From Lytechinus pictus (Eukaryota): a stretch of 64,000 bases of DNA. Made by a program: the position numbers and the translations under genes. Positions 12,309-25,880 of this stretch are shown piece by piece. The stretch covers positions 21,888,001-21,952,000 of the forward strand of contig NC_087251.1 of NCBI RefSeq assembly GCF_037042905.1, written 5' to 3'. Below the pieces are notes generated by a model. That model was not told the DNA's origin and made no database searches. It was given only the letters and a program-made list of their open reading frames with translations. The number at the start of each line of letters is the position of its first letter. Positions within the stretch are counted from its first letter, which is position 1.

Positions 12309-13829
12309 CATTATCATTATCTTTGGCTCTCAGCAAATTTCTCTGGTATTTCATGAAGTCTTTTGGATGTCATCCACTTTTAGGTTCATTCAAATAAGGC
12401 ATGACTAACCTTGCTCAGCAAAATTTTAGTGCCTAAGTCAATGAGGTGTAATCTAATTAATGCTCCAGCAGCAAGTGGCTTTTATTTTTGCCTCAAGCTT
12501 ACCAAAAAATGCACAAAATGAATTCTTTGAAAAAAATGTCCTTCCAAAATAATCTGCCCAGAATTGCATTGGCAAGCTCCTGACAATATTCAACATTGTC
12601 ATGGGTCATGATGTAATAATGACAAAAAAAGTGACATCATATGGCATGAAGTCATGACATCACAATATGGGGTTTGTTTCACCATACAAACAATAAGGAT
12701 AAAATGTTATTGCGCTATGTGATATCATATCTGAGTGAGGCTTAAATAATGAGATTAATGGTGATTGTGAGCTTGTTTGCCTATATATAAATATATTAAT
12801 GGAGTAATGAAGTAGGATAGTGGTTATTAGATGATAGATTATTGACATTATTTCGTCTGGGGATCTTTGATGCTGCAACTTTTTAAAAGTTGGTTCTGCA
12901 TGTATATGGTGAGAAAAAAATAGTAATCATCGCTCTCACAATATTGACAAGTCTTGACCTTCTAGTACTTGTCTGATACCAGACTACGTTAAGCCATGGT
13001 TTGAGATATTAAAGATATTTTTTAAATGGACCGTTTAATTATTTGAATAGACCGAGCCTAACCCGCACAACACTGAAAATTTCAACCAAACCAGATGAAA
13101 AGTATGCCATAAGTAAATTGTTTGAGTACAGCTGGTTTATTTATCATCTATGGTTCAATATTTCTCTGTCATTTTGGCTGTTCATCATTAGATCTTTCAA
13201 TTAGATACAATCAAATTTGTGCAGATATGATACCTTACAACTTTCTTCCTGAGTAAAGCTAGCTCTTACGGGGTCTATTTCCAAGGACAAGCTTCTCTGG
13301 AAGAAGGTTTTCTTTGGGGACAGTTCTTTTAAGGGCAACTCTCCCAAGAGGAAAGGTAGTTGTTCCTGAACCACTTTCTTTTTATTTTTTATTTAATAAT
13401 ATTTTTATCTGTATATGATGAAGGTTAACCGTTATTGCCAGAATAGGGGCTATTGGAATTCAATTTCTCTTTTAAATGAATGATTAATAAAGAAGATTTG
13501 TGTTTTAAAATGATTGGTTTAAGGATGTTTAGAAATAATATAATCAAGGCATTGTTACAAAAGTGCCTTTTTGCTTTTAATTCTCCCATGGGAGCATACA
13601 CATGAAATAGAAAATGCAAGAATGTTGCTGCAAAAGACACTGTGCTGGATTCCTGCTAAATGGTGCTGCATTGGTATCAGGTAAAGATGGTGTATCTATC
13701 CGGTCTTTCCAGTGACAGTCATACTATAGAAATAAATGAAAACACATGTTTGATTTGGTGTTTTTCATGTGCAATATCTAAAATGGTTACTTTGCTGTAA
13801 GAAATTAATCATTAGTATACCCCAGTAGA

Positions 13830-14220
13830 TCATGATCATCACCATCACGAGCATAATCTTCATTGTCTTCCCTATCATCATCACCATCACCAGCATCATC
13901 TTCACCAACTTCATCATCATGATCATCTTCATTCTCTTCCCTTCTTTTTTTCCTTCTTATTCCTTTTCTTCTTCTTCTTCTTCTTCTTCCTTTTCTTCTT
14001 CCTTTTCTTCTTCTTCTCCATGATCATCTTCTACTTCTTATCCATCATCTTCTTCTTCTCCTTCCTTTTTTCTTCTTCTTCTCCTCCATGATCATCACCT
14101 TCTTCTACTTCTTATCCATCATCATCTTTTTCTTCTTCTTCTTTTTCTTATCCATCATCATCTTCTTCTTCTTTTTCCTCTCCATCTTCATGGTGATCAT
14201 CATCATCATAATCATCACCT
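13830..14220. repeat. Compound (ATC)n/(TTC)n low-complexity tract with internal duplications
   Basis: Repeated catcatc/ttcttc units; ctccatgatcatc...ttctacttcttatccatcatc occurs twice. Confidence 0.9.
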
Positions 14221-16589
14221 TTATGAGGAATGTGTTCATATCTTCTCTAGATCTGCATAACCTGCTGCATCCATCTATATTGAAGCAATTATTATTGTTA
14301 TTGTTAATCTGCAGTTTGTTTTTCTTAATTCAATTTCATTGTCAGTTACCATGCCAAATTATGATTTCAGGATGGGACAGAAAAGGGGAATTAAAGTCTG
14401 ATAAAAATAGACCCCCCCCCCCCCAAGAACAAAAAGGTCCAGGACTTTTTTGCATGAATTGACAAAATCATCACTATACTTTTCTAATTCTGATTGTTGG
14501 AATGATAGGTCAATGGTGTTCATGTTGTTGAATTGTTATTAAAAGTTTTTACATTCTTTCATTGAGTTATGCTAATTTTCCTGTAAACGAGATATCAAGG
14601 TTTACTCGCTGCTTGGAGATTATTGGGTTTTTTCTTTTATCTTCAAAACTTAATAACATAATATCTAGTTAGTTAGTGTCCATTTGCCCTCAAATGGATC
14701 TCTTGATGGTTCCATTACAATTCAGTTGACCTGTGTTCGTTTTTCAACTCCTCACAAGGTATTTCAGAAGTGAGTTTAGACAGAATTGACCATATCAAAC
14801 ACTTTAGATGAATAAGAAGGAACAGCTAATGCAACAGAGATGTACATAAAGAATGGTAAGATTGGAAGAATTTAAAAGAGAGCAGGAAAGAAAAGATTTA
14901 TTAGTTTTGTTGGTGGTGAGTCATGTTGGCAAGTGAAGAGATAGCAAATGGTGGACAAACTTCCGACAAACGAGGGAAGAATTCTGTCATTTCTGTTTAA
15001 TAAAGAGAAGATAAGGAATCATCAAATATTCATTTAATCTAGTTGGATATTGAATAGCCTGGTTGGTATTGACAATAAAGTGCTTCCCTTTTCTTTCTAC
15101 AAGTGAGTCCGCAGGTCACCATGGTACAGGAGATATTGTTATTCTGTGTGTTCCTGTGCAGTATAGCAAATGTGATTGTAACCGTACTTTGTTTTACTTA
15201 AAACTTGTATCAGGAGCTACGTCATAGCTATGAATGAAAATGCACTTAACTTAAAAAATGCCCCGGTGAAGGTCGATTCAATCCTGTTTCTGCAAGATTG
15301 TTTTGTCCATTTGGACGAATTACCAGTGATCTTACCAGAGGTAGGATTGGAACATGAATGCAATATTGATGATGTGCCGTTAATGAGCAGTTTGCTCTTT
15401 GGAAGCATTTTGTGCAGCGTTTTTCTTTGTTGTAAATTTTCACTGTCTGTTCGTGGCCAATCATATGTAAGGATTTCTGTAGCTTATAACAGTGTGTGTG
15501 TATGTGTGTGTGAAAATCACCCCCAAGCTTTGCCAATTCAACCTTCACCTACAGTTTCTCTTTCTTTTCTCTATTCTATTTTTTTTACCGGATTTGTGTT
15601 TTAATCTTGTCATACTTTGTGTTTCTTTATCGTGGATTCTTTATTTGTTTTTCTTTAGTTATCCATTATTTTTATAACAAATGTCCTCTGTCGCATTCTA
15701 TTTTTTACTGATGCAATTTTGTAAAAAAAATATTTTCTCTCTTTTTTTCCCCTTGCATTCTTGCTTTCATCACTCTCTTTTCTTTTCACTGTAATTTTCC
15801 TCCCTCTGTCACCGCTACTATATCAACTTCCAATGCATTTCTTTCTGCTTCTCTTGCATATCTCTGTCTCTCTCCACCCTCATAACCTTTCTACAACAAA
15901 CTTTTCACCAACCCCCCTCTCTCTCTCTTACCTTTAGTGAGGCTAGTTTCCTATCAAATAATGTAAAAAATAATCTACCCGGTCAAAGTATGCTCATCTC
16001 ATTGTGATGCTAAACTTGATTTGTTTGTACCAATCAACCAGCCTTAATTGTCGGTGAGAGCAAATGGGCCAAAACTGATGTTACCAAAGCGTAACATTGT
16101 GGGAGTGTCATGTATCAAAAGATAATTAACCACAGAATTAACTTAATTGATTTTTATTTATTGCAAGGAATTCATGTTGAATATTGCATAGCAATAAATT
16201 CATAACCTTTTCCATGGAAAACAAGTTTTTTTTTTAATTCACTTTCAAGTTGATAGACACCAGGAGTGGTATTCTGAACGCTGTCTTTTCTCAATATTTT
16301 ATCTTTTCTCAGAGACATGACAGAATCTGTATTCTTGTGGATGTTCTACTTTTTGTCTCTTCTCTTTAGCGCACATAACAAATATGTGGTTTCATAAATG
16401 TGCATAATCCCTATACATGTATGCAAAATATTAGTTATGACAGGGTCTAGCAGTCATAAGTTTTGTACCATAATATCATAATACCATGCCAAATTTATGT
16501 CAAGCACACAGTGATATCATTTAGATTAAGCTTATACACTCATTTTTACTATCTCGATTAGATGTTGGAAATGCTCTTTTTTTTAACAT

Positions 16590-17106
16590 AACCTCACGCA
16601 ATGTCAATAAGTTTCAGTATGCTCAGAATACAGCTGCCAGGGTTTTAACTGGTACATCAAAATATGAACACATTTCACCAATTCTCCAAAAGTTACATTG
16701 GTTGCCAATCCGGAAGCGTATAGAATTTAAAATACTTCTTCTCACTTGGAAAGTGTTAAATGGTTTGGCACCAACATATCTACAAGACCTTGTCATGCCT
16801 TATACACCAGCTCGTAGCCTAAGATCATCACACCAGCAACTGCTTAAGACTCCCAAGATACGTGTAGCATATGGTGCGCGAGCTTTCTCTGCCTCAGCAC
16901 CTTTTCTTTGGAGTAATTTGCCGTTATATTTAAGAATGATACCATCACTGGAGACCTTCAAATCTAAACTGAAGTCTTATCTTTTCTAACAGTATTAGTT
17001 ATTGGCACTTTGACACTCATCCAAACCTTCTTTCTTTCTTTTCTTGTGCGCCTCGGAATAGAATATTTCTAGATAGATAGCGCTATATAAATGCCTATTA
17101 TTATTA
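16590..17106 (+). mobile_element. 3' end of an L2/CR1-group LINE (ORF2 C-terminus + 3'UTR)
   Basis: Translation QYAQNTAARVLTGTSKYEHISPILQKLHWLPIRKRIEFKILLLTWKVLNGLAPTYL...RAFSASAPFLWSNLP...FKSKLKSYLF*; tail ends gcgctatataaatgcc(tat)n. Confidence 0.92.
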
Positions 17107-17864
17107 GGGAGCTTGTCAAAAGTCCATGCACTGTTCTATACCGTCTTTACTGCATCCGGGTTTTCGCTTCGGCTTTCCTGCCCAACGTTCCCTTCTCTTC
17201 AAAGGAACGGCCGCCATCAAAGGCCCATTGATGCCACCGTTCTTTTGTTCGTCTTTCCTGCAAGTCTTAATTTCTGTCGAAATACCAAAGAATCTATTCT
17301 AAATAGCTCCCTCTACGACCAAAACAAATGCGTGCTTTCATATTGACTGTCGGATCGGAGAGTTCGGGTCACTGTTCTGAACTGTGGTTCGCATCTATCA
17401 TGTCTGTAATGGAAGTTCGGGTGCATTCATAAAGCCACAGTAGCTTAATAAAAAATCACGCACGTTTCATAAATCGTTACGGATCTTTCGAATTTGCTGC
17501 AATAACCATGAAAACCTCTTTTTTTTTTGCAATTGGAAGAGAGTCAATTCATGATGTTTTAGGTGGGAAAATAAGATTCCGCACATTCTCGTTTCGTAGG
17601 CCCAAGCCATTCGTAGAATTCACGTCAATTTGTAATGTTCATTATAACTCGCATCTGAAACAAATGTCGGGAGCCCCCCCCCCCCAAAAAAAAAAGAAGG
17701 AAATAGAATGATAAAATAAATATGACCGGAACAGCTTGACACTATTACGCATAGATATATCAAAGATTTATTAGAAACTGTTTTTAATAGTTTGTTCAAT
17801 TTTTGGACGGGCAACCATTTCCCTGGGATAATTTCTATATCTCCTTGTTTTAAAGAAGCGGGAC

Positions 17865-18200
17865 CAAAAGGGAAGGTGAAAAGAGGAAGAAGAAAACTAA
17901 CAAGTCATAGGGAAAGAAAATGAAGGGGAAACAGAGAGAAATAGGAAAATAATATTGGGATGGAAGAAGAGGAAGGGTGAACAAAAATAGGGAGGAAAAC
18001 AGTTGAAAGAGACAAAAAAAAGGAAATTTGAAAGGGGAAGAAATTTAGGATCGAGAATCAACGGGAGAGGGGGGGACAAAATAATATGGAAATGGATAGA
18101 GACAGAAAATAAGGGGAAAGAAGTAGAGAGAGCTGGTGGACGATGGGGAGAAATAAAGGGGGGAAGGGAAAGAGTGAAAGGGGAACAGAGGGGAATTAGA
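17865..18200. repeat. Purine-rich low-complexity tract
   Basis: Almost pure A/G on the + strand; similar tracts at 18340-18470 and 18970-19140. Confidence 0.8.
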
Positions 18201-18913
18201 CATGGAGTGGCTATGCTGAAACGGTTCTTTATTCTTTGTTCATTCAGGTAACAAGAAGAGAATGAAGGAAAATGAAGCCTAAAAGCTCGGAGTTAAATTG
18301 GCCGCAACTTTAATCTGATTGCGAACCCCTTCTAGCAATATTTCATGAAAAGGTATACAGAGCAAAATAAGTGAATAAAAAAGGAAAATGAGTGAAAAGA
18401 TATTGAGAGAAGAAAAAAAAAATAACTACTTAAGATTTAAGAAAAACATGAGAAAGAGAAAGGGAAAATCGTGTACCGAAGAAATATAGTTATCGAATTG
18501 CTAATGTAGGAACCTAAAGCACTTATACCACATCAGTAATTATCAGGATAGGAAAGATAACAAAAGCAACATGATTATAGGGGTTGAAGCGGGCTCCTAT
18601 TTGCGGCGACGGGAAAAATGGATTAAAGATTCAAAGATAAAAGGAAGAAGAATTAATGCAAGGAAACATGACAAGGGGAAGGGATAAAGAAATGAGGAGG
18701 TAAAAAGATTAATAAGAAATACAAGTGACAAAAATGGAGTGGGAGAATTGCAAACAGGAAACCCTCTTACATCTGCAGATCGCTTCCCTAGCTCTGCCAT
18801 TGCCCATGAGTTCTTGGACCTATGATAATTACCCGTTCCGCCCGATTGGAATGACTGTGGGGGAACCAACCCGTCGATTTAATTTCACATGAATCAGAAG
18901 ACCATGCCGTAGC

Positions 18914-19615
18914 CAGTGGCGTAACAGGCGGGGGGGGGCAAGTTGACCCCCCCCTGGCGGATTTCACCGGGAAAATAAAAGAAAAACGGGAAAAAGAAAA
19001 AAGGGAGGTAGAAAGAAAGGGAAAGGGGAAGGAAAGGGGAAAAGGAAAGGAGGAAAAGGAAAGGGAAAGGGAAAAGAAAACGAAGAAAAAAACATTTTTA
19101 ATGGAAAAGGAAGGAAAGCGGGAAAATGTACGAAAGAAGAACATTTGAGAAAGAACAAATAATTCCGAACTAGGCCTATGTAATGCAAAAGCACGGTGGG
19201 AAATAAATTAAAAGATGACAAAATGGTAACAATAGCGGGAAACGAAGGTAAAATTTAATTAATAAAAAGCTTAATTGGAAAACGAAGAAAAAGGACAAGA
19301 AAAAAAAAACACGACCGGGCTGCCGATGATTGAAATTAAAGAGCGGAAAAAAGATGGACTGCATACAACATTTATTAAAATAGCGGCAATCTGCGAGGTT
19401 TAAATGACTTTGATATCAAGAAGTTTCGGGGGCTCTGCCCCGGACCCCAACCGCTCAGCACTGTGTATGGAAGGATGGGGCCATGACTCCCAAAAGTTCT
19501 ATAAATAAGAACAAAAAACGGAGGAAAGAAAAGCAAAGGAAAAGTGTAGGATATGATTTTATTTACTGAATATGTCAAAAATAGCTCAAAGTTAGATTCT
19601 CATGAAAAGGTGATT
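18914..19615. mobile_element. hAT-like non-autonomous element fragment (CAGTGGCGTA / poly-G end)
   Basis: Starts cagtggcgtaacaggcgggggggggg; internal ggggctctgcccggacccc hairpin; similar ends at 24690 (cagtggcgcacctagg) and 22030-22041 (tggatccgccctg). Confidence 0.45.
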
Positions 19616-19749
19616 ATCGATCCCCTTTCAGGGTATGAGAGTACAACATATAAACAACATAATTATAACAGACTAAAGTATAACTTCATATAAGTTATAC
19701 TTTAGTCTGATACTTGGTTTAACGTATTAAACGTAATGTTCGGAATTGA

Positions 19750-20080
19750 AGATAAATACCAATTGTGGTAACGATCTGAAAGTTTGTTCGATCAGAATCA
19801 AATGAAATTTACCAACGCAGTGTTTGTTTGTGTAAATGAAAAATATTTGCCTAATAGCCCTGTGAAAGAAAATCTTAAATGTGCTGAGAAATGAGCTATA
19901 GAAGCACGGAATTCCATCAAATGTCCGGTATTTTTCGAGGCAATATTATAATACACTGTTCCACGTATGCTTTTCTGTTTTAGTGATCATCAGAATCATC
20001 GATATTGAGCGGCAATTTCATAATTCTACAAAGATAAGTGTATATTAATGTACTAGATCTAGATTTATGATAAATATTTC
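19750..20080. mobile_element. Degraded Kolobok-like MITE, same family as 34323-34630
   Basis: Colinear similarity: agataaata..ttgtggtaacga..tgttcga.cagaatc..tgctgagaaatgagc..agatctagat. Confidence 0.7.
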
Positions 20081-20140
20081 GCATCGAAATCGTCAAGTAA
20101 TCATATTTGAAATTGCGTCTGATACTTTGTGCTGTACATG

Positions 20141-20247
20141 CATGGCCGTCAGCGCAGGAGATTATCTTTTGTGTTTAGGGGGGACGCAACATTAGATGTC
20201 CCCCCCCCCCTATGAACAAAAGATAATCCTTTGCGCTGACGCATATG
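20141..20247. mobile_element. 107-bp hAT-like MITE
   Basis: Near-palindromic (gtcagcgca..gattatctttt / aaaagataatc..tgcgctgac) with 8-bp TSD tgtacatg at 20133-40 and 20248-55. Confidence 0.85.
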
Positions 20248-21159
20248 TGTACATGGTCTATGACCTCCCATAGTTATCAATATCGTCGCCCAGGCCTATG
20301 ATCATGAAAAAGCAAGATCACTCACCCGTATAGTAGAGAATCATTGACAATAGCATGCTCAGCGGGTTCGCCACAGAAAACAATGGGAGACGCTCACAGA
20401 CTTTAATTCCCTATATCCGCTGTCGTGATTAGATGAACCTACTTCAAAAGACCGTTGGCCCGTCCGATGGGGAATCTTTTGTAATAATATAGTGTATTTA
20501 AGTACGTGTAGTAACTACCGTCCCGACTTCTTTTGTGCTATTTAAAAGATTTCTTTCACCATCATGGAGTAGCGATTAGCGTGTAAAATCGCATAAATTA
20601 TCTCACGTAACGGATCTAATATTCATGATTACCAGCATCACCATAGTCATTACCATTATCTTTCATATATTTTAAATTATATAAAATATAAAATTGATAT
20701 TGGAGAACGATTGGAAATAGATAATGAATGAATGATGATGGTGATGATGATGATAACAGTGATGATGATGGTGATAATCATAGCTTTGAAGTGATATTAA
20801 CGGACATGATAATGCGAATAATAATATCAGTGATAATGTTGATGATTGAATATTAACAAATGAAGATGATTGGTATATTATGCAGCAATGAACCATGTAC
20901 AACTTGAGACGCGTTTTTCCTTTATCATTTTTGTTATAAAAGGTTTTCATAATCATGATCCTGAAATACATAGATTATATTTCGATTAAAGAGAGAGAGA
21001 ATGGATGGCCATCTAATTTTCACCAAAAATTAAAGTAATTGCACAGTTCACAGTAGGCTGAAAACCGTAGAGGGGCTTCAAATGCGGCGGGAAGTTTTAA
21101 CACGGATTTTAATTTCTCTTTTGAATCTGCCTGTTTATAACTTTCTGGTAGATTTTTCC

Positions 21160-22041
21160 AGAGTTGTATCCTGGGGGGCAAGGGGCCCGCCCCCTCCCTC
21201 CTTCCTCTATTGGCGGAGCAAAAAAGCCGGGGGAAAGAAAGAAAAAAAAAAAAAGGAAAAAAAAGGGAAATGAGAGGAGAGGAGAGAAAAAAAACATAGG
21301 AGGAGGAAAACTATTGAATAAATAAGATGAGGGAAAGACTTCGAAAACAATTTTTAAAAATTCTTTCATGTCATTATATAACATTTTCGCTCAAGCTTCG
21401 CGCTCGCATTGCCTTTTAGGTGATTTACACATATGGAACTTAAAATATCAAATTTTGAAGTCAATACACATAACATATTTCAGCTCGGAAATTGAAATCA
21501 TTTTTAAAAAAGTGTTCTGTAAAGATTTATTTTTTTATTGTCTGATTATGAACATTTTGTGCTCCCGCTGCGCAAAATTTGGTGTATCAGGTACCTATTA
21601 TTTTCCTGTATTCCATTTTAGCTATCAAAATATCCCTATTCATGTCAGATTGTATAAACGTATTAGCTAGCACTGCATGCTCGCATTTTGATTGGTGAGT
21701 TATGAAAATTTCAATATTAATTATATTACAAACTAATCAATATCTCCATTTTATTACAGTTTATCGACAATTTTCAGCTGGCAATTTGCGTGCACATTGA
21801 TTGTTGAAAAAATATTACTCATGCATCTTATTCATAATTACAAAAGTGCCTTAAATATATTATATATAATATTGACAGATTTCGTGCTCTGATTAGGCTT
21901 ATTAGATGAATAAATTAATTTAATTTTCACTGTTTGGACTCCCCCTTGAAAGAAACCAACAAAATTAAGCTTTGCGCTGTAGGGGGGGGGGGGGACATTT
22001 TGCGTACTCTCTCTGTATTGACGAAAGCTGGATCCGCCCTG
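21160..22041. mobile_element. Degraded hAT-like non-autonomous element
   Basis: Poly-G/C subterminal blocks, recurring gcttcgcgctcgcat-like motifs, right end ctggatccgccctg. Confidence 0.45.
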
Positions 22042-23383
22042 ATAAAATGATCCCTTTTCAAGCTCGCAATTCACGCTTGAATTATTTAGTCTGATACTTA
22101 CCCTCTCGATGACTTTGAAATATTTTGGCTGTAACTAAATCGAGTATAACATTTGTTCTATGAAACTTGATTTTGTAACATTTATTATAAAGATGCTTAT
22201 GAACAATTCACATTTGGTTTACATATCATAAAGCGCCTTCTCATATTCCAATTTTACCTAAAACGTAAGTATTTTATTTTCAAACGAAATCTATGAAAAG
22301 GGTGCAGTGAGGCTTTCATTTTGATGCCAAATAGTCTCATAATTAGGATTAGCAGCAAACACGGTTTTCGAGTAGAAGACACATCGGGGAACATCAAAGT
22401 ATCAAGACAGTCACCCGCGCTGACAAAGTGATAATCTCCTATTGAAATACCCCAACCAATCAAGAGGTCATCTTTCTATTAAAATTCGCCACCAGTCGGA
22501 CCACCTCTGTGTTCAAGAATATAGGATAGTCTCCCCAATCAAGAATGGGGTAATTTAAATCTACCTCGACAATGGGGTAAGCCGTTAAATACAGCTTGCA
22601 ATACGCTGACCCATTTTATTTTCAACGTCCGGCTTTCGGGGAATTAAAATGAGCATCAAATGGGTAGTTTTCTTGTGCTCGTTTTGTCCCCATACTAGAA
22701 CCTTGATTTTGTTTCTTTTCGTAATGTGCATTTTAATATTGTTTCCATTATGTTTCTCAACATTTCGACATTTAATGTAGTTTAATACTTGCCTTTATAA
22801 AGAGCAATATTACATATTAAAAAACCTGTTTGGCTAAGCAGATTATAACATAACTTCCGACTGATATTTTATCAACACATTTTTAATTAAGCATGTAACT
22901 TCCCTCTTTATAGGTATACGCTTAATATGAACATTCGAGTTATATTCTTTGCCTACCATCTCTCTGTGTATTTTAATAACCAAATATATTTGGAAAATGG
23001 GTGTTTACCAGGCAAAAGTGAACGTCATTACTTGTGTATGAACGACATATTCTCATTAAAATACATGCGGTGAGTTTCAAAGGGGGCACACTTGTATAGA
23101 AATGGCATATTTATATTAACAAAATTGATAATGGCTTTCAAATGGGGGGGGGGGGCGCACCGGCCGGATGCCCCCCCCCCCCCCCGGATTCACTACATAA
23201 CTGTACCCTCCAGGTGCAGAATATAGACCCACTGACTTCTTTTATAGAGGTCAAAAAATAGACCACAATACTTTTGACAGCCCAACTATTGTTTATACGA
23301 CGCCTATTGGATTGTATTGTGTTACTCCGGCAGGATCCGCACCCGCATGCACTCCATCCTTGCATGTTGACCTAGTATGCTAA

Positions 23384-23513
23384 ATACCTCGGTCACATTT
23401 GTTCTAAGGCGAGTCGAAAACAGTCGTTTTAAGTTTTTGTACCAGCTAAATATAGGAGGTTTCTGTTTTCGACTCGCCGTATGGCCGCCGTAGAGCAAAT
23501 GTGACCGAGGTAT
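23384..23513. mobile_element. Harbinger-like MITE, copy 1
   Basis: TIRs atacctcggtcacatttg / caaatgtgaccgaggtat. Confidence 0.85.
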
Positions 23514-25694
23514 TACCATTTCCTGTACGTTTATTGATTTTTATTTTGTATATTTAAATATACAAGCTATACAGAATGCAGCTATACGATTAAGAGGTGA
23601 AATAAAAAGTTGGAAGGAAAACTATAGGCCAAAGAGGCTTTCGTATTACTACATTTACGTCGGTAAATTATGTTTACCTTAGACACTGGGAATCTAATTT
23701 GCAATATTTGACACACACACATTGCAGATTAATTTTGATAGGAAGAAGAAATCAACGGCAATATACACGTATTGTACAAGTCAAACGTGAAGGTTAAAAA
23801 AATAATAGGTATAGAAAAGATTTTAAAAAATTCAAAGGAAGAAATGAAGTTGGATGAAAAAAGGAACCATTAGAATTAAGTTGACAAAATAGAATATTGT
23901 AAGTAGAACATCAAAATTGAAAGAAATAATTAAGTCACCCCCCCTCCCAGCGGACTGGTTTGAATGGGTGGGGTCACCATGCATAGAATCATGGTACTTG
24001 TGGATGCCTCAGCCTCAGACCCCCTTCGGTTCTGTGGCTCCTGGATGGTAATCAAGAACACTATAGTCTCAGAGCACTCTAGATCACAGGGGAAATTTAT
24101 ATAAGAGAATAAAAACGGATCCCAGGTATAATGATAATATAGATTTTCCTGTCCAATATCATGTCGGAGTCACTTAAATGTGTTCATTTGCATTTTAATT
24201 CACGCGATATTTTTCATCGGTCATTCATATTTATATTTATATTGTCTGATGTTATGTTTTATATATTGTAATTATTGCATTACAAATTTGTTGGAAAAAT
24301 TAATAAATAAATGAATGAATGAATTCAAAGTTTAGAATGGGATTAATAGAACACGCTATAATTCCTTTATAAACACTCAACTCGATTCATGGTGAATACT
24401 ACCTCAACTTTGATAATTTCAATATTTATTTTTAAGTGCTTTTGATTTCGTTCGAAGGTAAAGATGTTTGTAATGCCCTTACAAAGTAACGAAAGTACTT
24501 TTTGTTCTGAATTTCGGGCAATGAAATTCAAGAATTGTGCATTTAAGCTACAATTACCGATATGACTGCTTGAGCATCCAATTTATTTTTTAAAGTTCAA
24601 ATTAATGATATTTTATTCGTTTGTTTTGCATGGCATCTGTATTATGTGTGTATAAATAAGTTTCTAGAATTTAAATGTTTAAACAAATACAGTGGCGCAC
24701 CTAGGATTTTCCACAGGAGGGGGGGGGGGGAGAATCGCCCCAAAAAGTCCTCAACAGGATATAAAGGACATTTTACAGCAAAAACTAATTGACAAGCAAA
24801 AAAAAAAAAGGTCTTCAACTTCTCGTCAGGGGGAGGGGGGGGGGGGATTTCAACGATGCTCTTAGTTTTCAGCCTTTTTTCCACAAAAAACGTTTGCATT
24901 TTATGTTTTTTTTTTTTGTCACAGTAGCGTTTCAATGTATTAATTTAAATGCCGTCATTTTTGGACCCAGGTATGATTTATATTGTATCTTTTGCGAGGG
25001 TTTTTGCATTTCGTTTACAAAGATGTTAAGGACAATTCCATATTTTTCCTTTTCACCCGACAATGCTGACTGTGTGGGCTCAGTGTGATGAAAAAAATCT
25101 TACCCACGCCTGAACACTTACTTTCAGAAATTCAATATCTTAACGTTATGTTCTTCAAAATAAAACAACATGCTCGTGCTGAAAGGCTAAATCTTAATTG
25201 TTCTATTAAAGAAATGAAATCTAAATCTAATTGAACTTTGTCATATACTGAAACCCGATACGAAAAATTATCAAAAGAAATTGTGAAAGCGTAACTTTGG
25301 AAAATATACCCCACTGGACTAGGCACACCGATACAAGGACACAACGATATTCAGATCAGTGACTTATCGGAGAGCCAACCGGGAGTGTCAAAAGAAAAGA
25401 TAAAAGCGCACGCTTCCGTTTTCGCTGCAAAAGGGCACGCTGGCGTCTTGAATGGCAAGAGCACTGACCCGTAGGTAAGGAAAATGGACAATGGCACGTT
25501 CAACGGGTTCGCCGTAGAATATAAAGGAAAATACGCACGCACACCTTTGACAAGACGCCTTATTATTATTATATTGTTATGTTTGCTTCACTGATCATCG
25601 ATGAATATATTCGTAGAGATTTTCCATGCTATTGTAGTTAACCCTGCACATTAATTCCCCTTTTTTCTCTCTCTTTTTTTCTTAAAAGGTCTTA

Positions 25695-25880
25695 GGGCCT
25701 TTTCACACGTGAATCTTGAATCATCATTGTAATGATGATTGCTATTGTAATCGTGACTGTGATTAGCGGTTGTGATTCTAATCATGTTCTAGTTTGGCTC
25801 ACACATGCTTAATATTTGTCATTAGCCTTATTTTTCACTGGAATCATTCAAATTATGATTTTTTAGAGTGTGAAAGGGCG
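25695..25880. mobile_element. Harbinger-like MITE
   Basis: gccttttcacac / gtgtgaaagggc inverted; internal aatcatgatt-like repeats; TSD not clear. Confidence 0.55.

Noticed and set aside
19680..19698. ataacttcatataagttat resembles loxP arms
   Set aside because: No 13-8-13 architecture; it is simply the centre of an AT-rich palindrome
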